From Amphiscolops sp. MND2022 (lineage: Eukaryota), in NCBI GenBank assembly GCA_964187785.1, contig OZ076409.1:43030001-43094000 (forward strand): DNA of 64,000 bases, written 5' to 3'. Shown piece after piece: positions 37,171 to 51,499 of the stretch. How positions within the stretch are numbered: the stretch's first letter is position 1; the number at the start of each line of letters is the position of its first letter. Under the pieces are notes generated by a model. The model saw only the letters and a program-made list of their open reading frames with translations. It did no database searches and was not told the DNA's origin. A program made the translations under genes and the position numbers.

Positions 37171-38362
37171 GGGCGATTGAGTCCCAATTGCAAAAAGTGA
37201 CAATTGAGTCCCGCGACAATTGAGTCCCAAAGAATTCAAATCCTTTAGAATGAGGTTTATTGCTAATTCTAGCATAACTAGCAAGACGTTTCTATAATTT
37301 ACCGACCAATAGACTGGATTTCATTTCATATTAAACAACAGGGATTAACTCATTTTGGCCATTATATCATACCTGAACCATACTATCAAGCCGTATTTTA
37401 TCCTCAATAACATGAATTTCGAAGCGTCCAAAACTGAGCGCGGATTTGATGCAATTCATCAAAACGGATTTATGTATCGAAAACAAAGATTTGAAGAGAA
37501 ATGAACGGAGCGTCGTCATGGATTTGCGTTCATGCCAACTCGAAAAAATGTAAAGGGAGAGGAACACTGATTGAAGCTTTTTTCACTTTACCATTTAACT
37601 ATTCACACTTTCCGGATCCTGAAAAGAAATTTCGCGGCATCGATTAAACAGAAAGTTGAAGACACGTCGGAAAAACCCCGAAAAATAGTTCTTGACACTC
37701 ACGAAAAATCATCAATTGTTCACTTTACGCATTTTTGCCAGTATGAACATTACAAATAACATTTGATTTATTTACGTGCTTGTACCTACTATACTTTGTC
37801 CTTATATACATTCCAATTGTTATTATTTCCTGAGTTAGGTGGATGCGTCCTCCTCACCTAGGCTTTAGAATCGTGACCCCGTAACTGTCTTCTGTACATA
37901 CCTGAATGAGAATTATATTCCAGAGTAGAAAAGGCGGCACAGAGGAACAGCCAACCTTTTAGGAAGTCACTTTAGGAGACCACAAGAAAAGAAGTTAACC
38001 ATAAGAAAAAGAAAGAATGGAAAATTTTGCAAGTAGTAAACACTAATTTTCTAAAACTAATGGACAATTTTTCATAATCTGAACATCTTTTATTCCGCAC
38101 GTGTTGATAATTACAAATGAAATAAAAGTTAAGTGAGCTCTTCGTTAAATTTCAATCATGAATGATTTCCAATATTATACCAAACAGTTTATTCGGGAAT
38201 AAATTGTCGCTTTTCACATTTGGGACTCAATTATCGGCATTTGGTAAGTTCATCAAAGTAATTTCTTTGGGTCTCAATTGTCGGGGGACTCGATTGACGC
38301 TTTTTGCATTTGGGACTCAATTTGAATTGGGACTCAATTTGTTTTGGAACTTAATCGTTCCC
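37171..38362 (+). mobile_element. Non-autonomous MULE-type element retaining a FLYWCH-like transposase 5' fragment
   Basis: Mirrored TTGAGTCCC/GGGACTCAA terminal arrays. From 37412 the sequence reads MNFEASKTERGFDAIHQNGFMYRKQR, then (shifted) SWICVH ... IKQKVEDTSEKPRKIV. No clean TSD. Confidence 0.6.
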
Positions 38363-38559
38363 TCACCATGACATGTTCATGACAAGAGTGAAACTGAAAT
38401 TTTCCAAAATAAATAGAGTCCAATTTTTTAGTCGGCGCTTTTCTTTAGAAAAGAGTCGACTATAGTCATTTGATATCTAGTTTTGCAAAATCTGTACACA
38501 ACAATGCGATCAGACCTTAATGACTTCTTTTTGAATATTTGAATTGATTTGGTCAGATA

Positions 38560-41540
38560 TACATTATAGTATGAACTAAAACACAAAACAAATTTATATT
38601 TATTCATATGAGGACACATATCTGACCGGGACGCAGAAAGGAGCTTTACAGCTCTAGGGTATACGCCCCCAAAAACAGAAAGAAGAGCTGTCAGCTCCAA
38701 TGAAGAAAGATACTAGGAAATCTGCAAACTTTATCCAAAAATGAGGTTAAAAGTTGTTTCACTGTCAAGGATGTACAGTTCTTTGAAGTTCAATATGAAC
38801 TTTTTTTAGCATTATTTTGTCAACATTGTTTTCGAAACATGGCAATAGATCGTTTTCATTAAAAAATTGTAACATTTTGTAACTCCCCTGGCTAATGAGT
38901 TTTTGTCAGTAACAGTTCGCGAAAAATGGGAAAATGGGGTCGAATTAGTCCAGCACTTTGAGATCGAATCTTCCGTACGAAAGCTTGATTTTGAAGATCC
39001 AATGATCTAAATGTCGAAAAACCATGAATTTAATATAGAGTCTCTTTGAATATTTCTTCAAAGTAAAGTTCAAAAACTGTTTCTATTTTATGCTTCATAA
39101 ACAAGTCAGAAACTGTATCGCTACGTTTTCTGAAGAAAATTGTTCGTATAGTTCCTATTTGAATTATTAGAATCTCATTCAGTACTGAATGTCTTGTACC
39201 GCCGTATATGAGCAACCCGTACAGTATACGGTTTTGCATATGCTTGATAAAACCTTAAGAGAGCTTTCCGGGAAAAACAATACCGTCCCTTGTAGACCAA
39301 ACCATTAAATTTAGCTAATCGTTCCTTGATACTCGCGATATGGCTATGAAAACTCAATCTTTTGTCGATACTAACTCCTAGGTACATGAATTTATCTACA
39401 ATGTCTTTTTCGCCGGCTTAACTTTCAAGTTCGTCAATTTCCGTTGCAGTTATCGTTTTTCCAAAGGGTAAAATTGTACACTTAGATATGTTGAAAGTCA
39501 CTTTGTTAATCGAAAACCATTGATTCATGCTTTCTAGATCCAATTTTACGTCTTTTGTCACATTTCTACAGCTTTTAGAAGTTACAATTGCGGTATCATC
39601 AGCAAAAAGAACCATGTTTGAATTTTCACATGTTTCAGGCAAATCATTTATGTATATCAAAAAGAAAAGTGGTCCCAAGGTTGAACCTTGTGGAACTCCA
39701 CAATCAATGCTCCTCAATGAAGAATTTCGATTACCCGAATACGATTATACGAATTGTTCTCCATCAGAAAAGTAATCTCTGAGCAAATTTTCAATTTGAC
39801 CGCGTAGTCCAAAGCTATTTAGTTTTTTAATGAGAAGATTGTGATCATCGGTATCAAAAGCTTTTTCTAAATCAATGAAAGCTGCCAAGCCGTAGTGTTT
39901 TTGTCAATTGTTTTTTTCATAATATCAGTGATTTCAGCAATTGCATATGCACTAGAAAAATTTTCTCTGAAACCGAATGTTTGGGAGTTAGTAGTTTATG
40001 CTTTGCCAAAAACTTTGTCATTCGTTTGTGAATGAGTTTTTCAAAAATTTTGCTTAGCGAAGTCAAAACACTAATAGGGCGATAATTATCCGGTAAGGAA
40101 AAATAACCTTTCTTTAAAAGCGGAAGAATTTTCGCAATTTTCATAGACATAGGAAACTGTGAATCGTTTATACACTCATTGGAAACATCACTAAAAATTT
40201 ACTAATTGAAGATGCCGCAAGCATCAAAAGTTTACTAGAGATGCCATCATGACCGGAAGCAATTTTGTTCTTTAGGTATTTGATTATACTATAAACTTCT
40301 GATGCATCTGTCTTGAAGAGCGCGAATGTTTGAACAGGTCCGTCCGCGACGAAATCAACATTGAGTAAGGATTCACTACATTCATTTGCAAGTTTTTTTC
40401 CAGTACTTACAAAAACTTCATTAAATTTCTCAACGTCTACTTCTCTTCGTTTCTTTTTTTTCTTTCCCACAAAAATGGTTAAAACAGTTGAACAATTCTT
40501 GTGAATTGCGCACAGTTTTGATTTTTTTGTCATAATAGGATCGTTTTGCTTTCCGAATTTCACTGGTGACCGAGTTACGGAGTTTCAAATAAACTAACTC
40601 GTTCTTTTTGCTAGCCTCTTTTACGTAAGAGGCATGCGCTTTATCACGTTTATGAATCAAAGATTTGATATGGTTTGTTACCCAATTTGATCTTTTCTTC
40701 GAAGCATCAAAAGTGTTTTATCGAGCATACTTCTCGGAAGCTGAATTCAAAACACCGGTGAGGTGCTCTAATTTGCTTTCAATTGTGTCACACTGACATT
40801 TACGAAGTGCTTGATCTATGTAAAACAAATATTTCAACTGATGATCTTTAGAAAAGCCGGAAAAGTCACGAAACTTAATAACATCATTATCGTTGCAATG
40901 ATTTGTGTTATAAAAAATGGGAAATCTCAAGGCATAGTGGTCACTGATTTTGTATTTGAGAGTTTCAACTTTTATGTCTTTAGTTGATACGCAGAGGTCA
41001 AATCATTTCGAAGTTGACAGAGTCTCTCGAATAGGCTCTTCATTTTTCACAGAAAATCCGAAAGTTTTCAAACAAAGTTCTAGTTTTTTGGTTTTATAGT
41101 CTAAATTATCAAGAACATCAATATTTGAGTCTCCTACGAGTATGAGAATCATCAAACAAATCAGTTAGAAGACAATCCATTTCATCAAAAAGACAGCCTT
41201 AGCATCTTGTGGTCTATAAATCAGGCAGACATTCAACGGATCTAAAGCGTCCGGATGGATTGTGACAATTACGTGTTCAATATTAGATTTGCATTTGATT
41301 GTAGTGTAATTCACGTCTTCTGTCGCATAGAAAGCTAAACCGCCACCAAGTTTGTTCAGTCTATTTGATGTTTCAATTTAAGGGTAGTCGTCGAGCCAAT
41401 AAAAGTCAGTAGGGTCATTATCTGTCAACCAAGTTTCACAAAGACAAATCAACACAGGTTTTACTTCAAAATCATCTAAGGTAGTAATTAACTGGTCATG
41501 ATGACAACTAAGTGAACGTATGTTCATGTAAAAAATGTCT
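38560..41540 (-). mobile_element. Degenerate CR1/L2-type LINE ORF2 (APE endonuclease + RT)
   Basis: Endonuclease motifs NIRSL, ETW, GGG, YRP and SDHY (40930-41530); RT motifs NYRPIS, DLEKAFD, GVPQGSTLGP, FADDT and YLGV; many frameshifts. Confidence 0.9.
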
Positions 41541-42799
41541 CAGGTTTCAAAAGTTTCCAAAGATTGCATCCACATAGCAAGCTAACGACAAAAACTATTG
41601 AAAAACGCAAAGTTCAGAGTATTGAAGAAGTATTTGCAGTACCCTTCCTCTTCAGCTTTGTTGTTGATTTCACGCTGTTTGGGTGGGAACCTCGTCCTAA
41701 AAATGTTTTCCCAATAGAATTTGATGCGGTTAACATATTCTTAACCGGTTAACCAGAGCAACATCAAATGGTTAATTTGTTGCATAACTGAATAACCACT
41801 AGATGTCCATTTCCGAAAAAGATTTATAGAAATAGTGAGAAAAAACCTCATTGAAGTGAACGACGAAAACTGGTTGAATATTTGCAAAAATGAGACTCTT
41901 ACCTGTAATAAGCGACGTTACCTGTCTGGAGCTATGCTATTACCGGTACAGCGACATGCTATTACTGGTCCAGCGACTGGTTTTGACAAAGGCTGACCTA
42001 GAAGCGCGCAAAGCCATAGTCATGCAACAAATATTTCAATCAGATTTCATTTTTCAGAATAATTTTTTGGGAGACCTTTTTTGGATTTCAATTCTTTTAA
42101 ATAGTCTTGGATGTTAACTCCAATTTTGCTTTTCAATTTGGCTTCCAATTAATTTCAGATGTTCTTGTTTGTTATCTGTTTGAGTTAGCTCGTTATGCAG
42201 TACACAATTAAGGGGTGTAAAAGCTATTAAAAAATTCAACAGATTCTTCAACATAGTAGTAATGATTGCACCAAACCAAAACCTGCTAACTCAAAGCTTG
42301 AAAAACTCAAAAAGTTCTGAGTTCATTTAACATTTCAAATGTTAGACTTTTAGACGCCTAATCACACTGGATTTGAAGAAACCACTTCAATTTTTAAACT
42401 ATTTAAATTTCCCCAAAAAATTATAATTCAGGATGTATCGACCAATCTATCAGCTGCTAGAGAGATATTTAGGAACCTAAATCATTGAAAACGATGAACA
42501 AAAACTAATCGTCTTTGTAAAAAAACATGTACTTTGAAAGGCTCAGTACTTGGATTATTCTTGTTTCTTCTGTATATTTGTAATCAATCCGAAAAATGCG
42601 GAAGTGACGTTAAATTAGGTTCTATTTGTGATAGAAGTCTGATAAATGCCGGAAAACGAGAAGCAACAGATTCGAGTCCTAATCTCGAACGAATGAGCGA
42701 CTGAATCACCCAGCAAAAACTTACGAAAAACACGTCAAAGCGTGAAAGCATGAATTTTGGTGGTGGGAGGTAAAAACATCGAATTTTCCGACCTAAACA

Positions 42800-42960
42800 A
42801 TGAAATTGTTTTAAGTACTTTGCGTGTTTTTTTTTGACAATAAGCTCAGTTTCAGAGAACACATTGCTTTCATAACTAAGAAACTAAATAAGTTCTGTGG
42901 TCTAATTTATAAAGTTATGCTTATGTACCCAATGGAGTGCCTTCATTTGTTTTTTCAATG
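42800..42960 (+). pseudogene. Short LINE RT C-terminal fragment of the same type
   Basis: FDNKLSFREHIAFITKKLNKFCGLIYK parallels IDKRLSFHSHIASIKERLAKFNGLVYK at 39175-39387. Confidence 0.65.
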
Positions 42961-44849
42961 CATATACACGGTGACTATAGTGCAATTGAAAAACAATATT
43001 ATCAAGAACCGTTTGATGGTAAATGACAGTGAAAGCTAACTAGAAGATGAGTGAAAATATCCGGAAGAGAATTATACAAGCAAACACATTTCAGTAGAAA
43101 ATGAGCGCGACTATTACAGTGGCTATTGTCACATAACAGAATGTGTGCATAGTTGACACTTTTTACAGAAACTACTAAAACTACTTAATTACTGGACCCG
43201 TCAAGCCCGGTCAGCGGTAACGCATCTAAATTAGTCCAAGGTTCCCCCTTTCATTTTGTCCTTTTTAACGTTACATACAAAACCGAGCGAGACTATAAAA
43301 GGTATCCCCCCTTCCAATTTTTTTTTCTTCACTGAGACTTTTTTTAGAAAAATTTATATGTCTCCTAAGTGCCCCTGTAAATGCTGATTTTAGTTGCTTA
43401 TGCGTTCGAACCGTCGGCCTGTACCTGGGATAATTTTGACTCGCAAAAAGTAGTAAAGTTCCCAAAAACTCTACAAATCCGATGAAAACTGAATCTTTCT
43501 ACTTCTAAAAACACTCACAACTTGCTTTCAAGAAGTCAATTTTCCGTTCTCCTATGGTTATACAACATCTCAGGTACATAGACTAATAGCGTAAACAGTA
43601 TAGAAGTAAATATTGATGCGTAAATATGAAGTTATGAGAGCCCCCCTTCATTTTTTTTGAAATTATGCAACAGAATGAATGTGAAAAAAACCCAAAGCGT
43701 TTCCTTTTACATTTTAGGCACTACGAGACTGTTCCAAATTCTCTATTTTTGTTTACACGAAACTCTGCAATGTACGATAATGTCCAAACGGGTAATCATG
43801 TGGGCTCGAAAAAGGTTTATTCCAAACTGAAAACATTCAACAAACTAAATGGAAGCCTTGGATGAAATGAAAAAATGGAAAAAGTCACACAAAATCGAAA
43901 AAAGACCCTTTCGTCTGATATTGGTTTTTAGCTCAAGTAAAAAGTGGATTGTTCAAGGTGGGGAATCTTTGGCCAGTCTGAACACAAATTCAAGATGCAG
44001 AACACTTCCACGTTATTACTAGTTACATTTATAAAAAGTGGCCATTACAGTAACAGCTGGAAAAATTGGCCATGCACTGTTAGAGACTGCTACTAATAAC
44101 TAAAAACTGGCTACTTGGAATGGTTATCTTGTGATGATGTTTGTTTTGTGGTAAAGACTACAAAAGACTACAAGACTACAGTTGAAAACACAGTTTGAAA
44201 ATTGCCTAAGTGCTCCTTCAACATCACCACGTAGTCTAGATGGATCTAATCTTATAACATCAAATTTTTTAAATGACATTCATATGTTTTAAATAGTCTG
44301 TTTTGGATGAATTTTACAACAACTGTCGAAAACAGCGTTATCTGAAATCGCCAAAGACGCGTCCTTCTTAGCTAGTAATTACAGTAATGTTCCAAAATAT
44401 CGCAACTGCATTGCTTAAAATTGCAAATTTAAAATCCAAATATCTTGAAAACTGTCACAAATACGGAAAATGTCAGCTAAGAAATTTCTTAGAATTTTAT
44501 CTAGTTTACAAAAATGTTTAATTGAAAATTCTATTACCCTTACTGAAAAAGTAAAGCGAAATTATAAAACGCAACTGTACAGTTCTAATGTATAAAAAGA
44601 AACTTCGATACACTCGAAAGCACTGTAATTATGTTTATTAGACTAAAAATTTCCAAGCAACAACAGAGCGTTTTGGCAAAATTATCAACTCGTTGTTTGA
44701 AAAAATGGCAGCTGAAATTTTGGCAAAATTAACAATAAATTCATAACGACGAAAACTTCATCTTTTTTCAGTGCAAGTTATTTAGAAACTGTAATGAGCA
44801 TCTTCATCATATCTAACCTTGCAGTTGAAGCTTCCTTCGGATCTAAATT

Positions 44850-45790
44850 CCGGTTTCTCGGTCGGAACGTTCCACCCCTTTTGGGGCATCTATCCGGAAC
44901 CGGACTTATGAGAGGCTTGAATTTGTGGAAACGCCTGTTCGTTGATCGCCTCACTTATAGCCCTCTGAATTAGCAAACTAACACTGTTCAAAAATCCATT
45001 CATCTATTGAGTGATCCTTTACGTTAGTTCTCTTGACAACCTATTTGTCTCACTACCTGAATCGATCTCTCCTGAATTTTGGTCTTTTCCGGGAAACCGC
45101 CTAATTTTATTCTCACCAGAATTGTAGTGAGAACTGGTGTTATGATCTACCAATGTATCATAGCTAGGTCTTTCGAGCCGTCTGGTCGAGTTTCCAAATT
45201 CATTATCTTCGCTTTCAAGAAGATTGCTGCCTAGCATTATGTCAATGTTTTCCAAGTCTGACAGCATTTCTGCCTCTCTATAATTTCTAGCCTTGCTTTT
45301 CTGATTTCTTGTAGTAGGCATTAAGAATACGCGATTGTAAATATTTGAATAGCATTCTATCGGAAAATTGCAAATGGTGACGGTTTGAACATTAGATAGG
45401 TTCGAAAAAATTGTATCAGCTTCGGGGAGTAAGAGCTATATATACTCACGTCAACATGAGACTCGTATTCTTTAAATGATAGAACAACCATATCAACGTT
45501 TCAAGTATCTTATTTCAAGGGAAGTGACATGTGACTTGTGATAAGAAATTCCCAGCACTGCACTTGAATAGCATACATCAAAGAGTTGAAGGAATTTGAA
45601 CGTTCAAGCTGTCGAACATTCCAAATGCATTTTTGAATGAAGCATCATATGACAATAAACAACATCAGATGTTCAGAGTGCTACGTAGGGACCAAGCTAT
45701 TCCAACTATGAATTAACATGCTTAGGCACGTGCCTGCGCGCGATCGATAACATGTTACTTGAAAATATTAAACACCAAAATACATGTAAG
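44850..45790 (-). pseudogene. Relic of gag 5' end and leader from the same Gypsy family as 1119-8500
   Basis: MPTTRNQKSKAR..MLSDLENIDIMLG versus MPTTRKQKKAR..MLSDIDNLDIMLG; also WNVP..RPE and shared upstream motifs. Confidence 0.85.
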
Positions 45791-47563
45791 AGCAATATTA
45801 GTACGTTTTGCGTCTCCAAGGTAAACTAACATAAACACTTACCAAGCTTTACGACCGCCTGGTTGACAACTTGCGGACAATTCCAAAACTATTTGTCCAG
45901 GAAAAGCACTAGCAAAATCCACTACAAGAAAGCCTTCAATAAGTGATATCGCAACTATTTCCAATTGAAAAAGTTAGCTAGAGTTACTTTGAATAAATTT
46001 CGGATGTCGGTGGAACAATTACTGCATCTTTGACTTTACACTTATTCTATTTCACCAACATAAAGTGTCTTTGAAGTTCTAAAGCGTGACTATAGGAATC
46101 GCTGTCTCATCAGGTGTAGCATGGCTGATCTGCTAAACCAAACGATAAGTCCAAATCCTTGCGTCCACGATAAAGTTCTCAAGCAAATATATCACAACCA
46201 TCAGCAATATAATAAATTGACGTTGGAATTTTTATAAAATCACTTGCTCAGCTCTGAAAAGCTCTTCAATAGCCAGAGTTACCTGTTAACTGATTGAATT
46301 GTACGAGAATTTTCCAAGCTTTCACTTTCTTCAGTACTTAAGTAGCAAAATCGACCTGCAAAATCTGAGATGTAGGTATACACCAAATTATGTGAAAGTA
46401 TAAATGAAAGCATTCATCTGGGCAAGAATTACGCATACATTTACACGTGTCATTTGCTGTTAAGTAATCAAGGAGGTTCGCAAATAGTATTGGTGGATCC
46501 TCTGAACACCCACGTAAACGAAATGAAGCATGCAAAAAGAAATATTTACCAAGAAAGAGAAATAATAACGGAAAAAGCACAAGTTCCATTAAAGAGCCTA
46601 AAATCAGGTCAAGCACAGGTGTTTCACCGATTCTAATTTTTATAGAATAATTGATATGGTCAAAAAAGGCGGCTATGCAAAAAAACTAGCGTCTAAATCT
46701 AATTATTCACGATTTTACAGCACTTTGTTCGAGGCTAATCTCAAGTATTTTTCGCAAAAATTCCTAAATCTCATTTGAGGCGCCAACAGTAGGGCCTAGT
46801 ATAGCCGTCAGACATAATATATCTTAATGGTCAATCGCCGGAATAGTTCATTTCCGTATTCTTGCTCAATTGCCCACAATTGCTTCTACATCACGAATTA
46901 CAATTTACTACATTGAAATCTACCAATTCAAACTTCTGATTTGAACATTCCCGTTCATAATGTTAACAGACTATTTCATACGTAATAAATATTACCATCA
47001 AACAGTCCAGTAACAAATCAAGAATATAAAGTTCAGTTTTAGTTTTTATACCTGCTAAATCTCTAGTTTAGAAGATTGGTAGCGTTCCTGGGACTATATC
47101 ATGCCCTTGTGCTGTAGTTGCGACCGCAGTTTTTGATGTTAGTCCAACTTACATATAGGACACGGAAAATCATTGATCGTCAGCCACTGTGTTTTGCCAG
47201 CAACGTCGTATTAGCATTAATTCCCTGTTCTCAATGGAGCCCAAAATCATCGCGGCTACCATAATTAATTCATATTGGGTTGTTCAAGTTCTAATTGCTT
47301 GGTCGTTGATAAATTTTTCTAATGATTCAGTCAGTAAATTGCAATTTGAAACGCAACCTTAGATGTTCTTCATTTTCCCTTTTAGATCTGCTTAATGGTC
47401 TGCACATCCATTAGAAGTGGTTTAAGTTTTCAACTTACTATTAATTTTTAATGGCAATTGGAGTGTGCTTTGCAGACATATAGATAAGTTCTAGCTGCAT
47501 AATTGCTGTGTACATGGATTACGTGCCACAATTTAGCTTTAAAAATATTGAACCTTTCGAGAG

Positions 47564-47826
47564 AAAACAAGCCGGGAACAGCGTAAGTCGGCGCATCGTC
47601 TAAGGCTCAAAAAGAGCAAAAGAACTTCAAAGCGTCAAGGATTCTCTTTTAATGAAAATCTCAATTTCTCAGTACCGAAAAAACCCGAAAAAAAGGTCGC
47701 ACACTTCCGAAAATAATCAATTCGGCTTCAAAAAGACCTATTTAATCCAAAAAAGTACGTGAGAATAGAAATTAGGAGGCCTTTTCAACTATGTGTATTT
47801 TGCCGTTTCATAAAACGTCGACTAAA
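47564..47826 (-). mobile_element. Short HINE-like copy
   Basis: AAACAAGCCGGGAACAGCGTAAGTCGGCGC at the left end; CGTCGACTAAA at the right end. Confidence 0.55.
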
Positions 47827-48436
47827 TCACTATTTTTGCCTATATTTCCCATAAAAACTACGTAACAAAGTTTTTAACGAATTCAAAAACTTGTCAGAAA
47901 GAAGCGTAGCAAGCGGACGACCAAACGCGAAACGCTTTCTGACGCAGCAACCCTCACATCCAAGATACAGAGCTTCAAATTTGCAGGAGATTGATTTTTT
48001 CGGTCTTTTCAAACTAGTTGCAGGAAAATGCTTTAATCCAACGAGGGGAAACCTTAAATCAAAAAAAGCCGAGAGACTTAGCAAACGATCACTTTTCATC
48101 GATTAGGATAAATTAGCGTAGAAAGTTGAAAAAGGGAGTTGTCACGAATATATTTTGAATCGTTTTGACGTTTTGTTCGAGTAGTTGAACTTTTTGCTTT
48201 CTGGTTAGTTTGACAAAAGTACAAAACACCTTATTTTGTTCAGTTTCCACCTTATCTTCTAACTGAAGGATGCAGACGCCCGCATATATTCACCGTACCT
48301 GAAAAACAAGCAACAGACATTGAAGAGTTAGACAGCTCATCTGATGAAGAAAGTAATATCGAGGTAGTAAAACCCGAAGAAGAACCAAAACGGAAGAGTC
48401 TGAAATTGAAAGCATTACATCGCGCCAAAGCCAGAG

Positions 48437-49493
48437 AAAACACGACGGGAACGTCTAAAGTCGGCGCTATATCTAAGGCTCAAAAAGCGCAAAGTTTTCA
48501 AAATTGTAAAAGGAGGACCCTTCGGGCTTGTTGAAAATCCAGTTTGTTGCAAAATATCAAAAAAATTGAAGGGGGACCCTTTGGAGACAAAAAAAATTAA
48601 TTTTTTATTGGAATTTTTGAAAAAAAAACGAAAAATAGGAAATTTGAACAGTCTCATAGTGCCAAAATACCAAAAGGGGAGAACCTTTTGGGCTTTTTGG
48701 CACTTTAGTTTGCTGCAAAATATCAAAAAAATTGAGTCTTCAGTCCTTCAGTCTCATCCGCTTTCGTAATTGCTCGAAAAAGTTTCTAGCTAAAGCAAGG
48801 ACTCGAACCCGTGACCGCTGGTTTCACCGTAAACCGAGTAAAGTCTTTTTTAAAAAGTGGAACATACACGATGAGGTCCGTGGTCTGACGAAAAAAAAAC
48901 AAGTTTTCTAAATATGCCCAGGATGTATTCATGAAAAGCTTTGAAAACAGTTTCGAGACACCCAAAGTGGGCCTTTCATGCTCGACGCGACTGGAAAATC
49001 ACTTTTCCCGACTGGAAACAAAAATTTGAAAATTTTTTTGAAAAAAAACTTCGAAAACGTCGCATAGTGCCGAAAAATGAAAAGGGGGGACCCTTTGGGA
49101 TTCATTAACATAATTTCTGTTGCAAAATATCAAAAAACTTGAAGGGGGGACTCTTTTGAGACATTAAAAAATTTTCGGAAAGAATTTCGCCCAGTGCCGA
49201 AAAAAAAATTGAAAGGGGGAAACTTTGGAGTCTCCCGGTTTTGTAGGTTACGTAAAAAAGGTAAAAAACGAAAGGGGGACCCTTTGCAGTAAGTTTGCAT
49301 TGGTCGAACTTGGCCTGAGTGAACTTATCAGTTTCTGTAAAAAGTGGTACATACGCGATGAGCTCTGTGGTCTGACGAAAAAAAGAAAAAAAAACTAGCC
49401 ACTGTAATAGTCGGGCTTTTTTCCTTAAAAGAAAAGGCGCCGACTAAAAAGACTAGCCACTGTAATGGTCGGGCTCTTTTTCGCCGACCAAAA
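48437..49493 (-). mobile_element. HINE-like copy with internal tandem GGGGACCCTTT units and a duplicated terminus
   Basis: AAACACGACGGGAACGTCTAAAGTCGGCGC ... GCGCCGACTAAAAA (49450), followed by a partial repeat of that end. Confidence 0.72.
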
Positions 49494-50096
49494 AGAGACT
49501 GGTTTGGTCAAAATGTAATGATATCAAGCGTCAAAGGAGGGGACAGAAATTGAGGCACCAGATCCAGCTGGTGGATCAGGAGAAATAGAACGAGACATCC
49601 AAGAAGAAGTAGAAGCAATACCAGTATTCCTTGAAGTGACAGAGGAAGACTTCGTCGGCAACGGAAAAACGTTTCAGCGACTTGTTAACAAAAATCGGAG
49701 ACGAAACGTTTACTTCTGAATGTTTGGGTTTAGTCTAATTTTTGATCTTGAAATTTTGTGATGGTGTCGCGTTTTCTCGGTACAGCTTTTCTTCCAGAAT
49801 TTTTTCGTGGTTTGTTGAGCCTACCGCCCATGGTCCAGATTTTACATCGCTTTTTTGCGAGACTCATCATCAGAGAGATCGAAATTGATTGTCGAAACAG
49901 AAATTGATATTGGAAAAGCCCTTTATATTTTCTCTGGAAACTATCACTTATAATTTGATTTCATTTTCGCATACTTACTTTTGACGTTATTGAATTGTGA
50001 AATAAGATGTTTAAAAACAAAATTGCCTCGTAACGTGAAACTAGGTTGAAGTTTTCATGAAGGGTGCAGTTGCAAAATTGACTATACATACTATTG

Positions 50097-50822
50097 AACA
50101 CACCGGAACGACCAGAAATGGGGCTATACCTATGGTTCAAAAAGCGCAAACATTTAAAAATATGCTCAAGACGCTTTGAAGAAAAACTCACAAAAAAGTT
50201 TCGAAACACCCAAAGGGTGCCCTTAGTGCTCGGAAAACGCACCGGAAATAGCGTGCTGCGACAAATGCGAGCGTTTTTCTTCAATCCTACGGCCCCTTCT
50301 TAGTAAAACGCATATTATTTCGGATACAACCTCTCCAAGTTCGCATATAGCGTGCTGGTACGCAGGAGAGCGCTTGTTTACGAACTTCTGCTTCCTCCTT
50401 GGTTAAACGCAATATTGTTCTAATTTGACGTCAAATGTTCAGATATACCGCAGTTTTTCGAACCTCCACCTCCAAAATTCGGATATTATTGAAAAAATTA
50501 TCGGTTGCCAACAGTGTTTTTAATAACAAAACGTAAAATGAGACTTTTGAGTAGTCTCAAAGTGCCGTAAAATGCTAAAAGGGATCATTTGGGATTTTTT
50601 AGCATCCAATCTGTTGCAAAATATCGAAACAAATTACCGTTGATGCAATCCAAAAATTTTCAAAAAAAGTCGCGTAGTGCCAAAAAAAGCCAAGTTAAAA
50701 AAACCAAGATAGCTAGCCAAAGTGGGGATCCTTAGTATGTTTTCGGGGTTCTGTACGTCGGACTGACGTTTCCAGTATGTTTTGGACATCCGTAAGCTTT
50801 TCTTTGAAGCGCCGACTAAAAA
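50097..50822 (-). mobile_element. Diverged HINE-like copy
   Basis: AACACACCGGAACGACC...GGTTCAAAAAGCGC left end; GCGCCGACTAAAAA right end. Confidence 0.6.
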
Positions 50823-51116
50823 CGATAACGAATTTTAGACAGGGATGCACTGAAAAAAAAACAAATCTCATTGTTTCTGACAAAACTTTTTTTTCAAATA
50901 GAAAATTTTTCATTTTTTGAAATTTGCTTGGATTTTATCAACACAATAGCTTGAAAAAAACCTATTGACGTTGGTAGCTGGTGCCACCAAATGGTTTTAG
51001 AACGTGAACATTTTTACAGATAACAAGACGACCTGCTGAGAATTCTTTGATACAATCGTATTGCAAACAAAAGTACTGGGCGACATACTGACTGAAAAAG
51101 CAGAAAAACGTTTCAG

Positions 51117-51181
51117 GCTCTAGCCCGGTTTCGAACCTACTGACAGGCAGGTGGACGCCCTATCAACTAGGCCACGGTGAC
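51117..51181 (-). other. Second tRNA-derived segment
   Basis: TGGCCTAGTTGA A-box-like and GGTTCGAAACC B box; shares flanking AAAAACGCAGCACAGAT with the 35.5-kb copy. Confidence 0.5.
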
Positions 51182-51499
51182 TAAATTGAATGCATTAAAT
51201 CACTGAGTGGATTTTCGACAGAACTCGGAAGAAAAAAACGCAGCACAGATGGTGATTTTTCTCCCTCTACACAAACAATTTTTTTTACGCGAGGCAAACT
51301 TTTTTACGGCCTTTAAAAGAAGTTATTAAAAGCAAACAATTGTTGGGTTTCAAAAACGAAAATCAAGGTATTTTTCGAAAAAACAACTATTTTTTATTCA
51401 AGCAAACTGGTTGTTAACTTTCATTAGATTCTAGTAGCAGTTAAATGAACCCCTGTGTTGCGCTAGATCTGAGTTTAGATTCATCCGTTGACCAAAACA

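Noticed and set aside
46085..46115. Hammerhead ribozyme core (CTGATGAG on minus)
   Set aside because: No GAAA follows the putative stem II.
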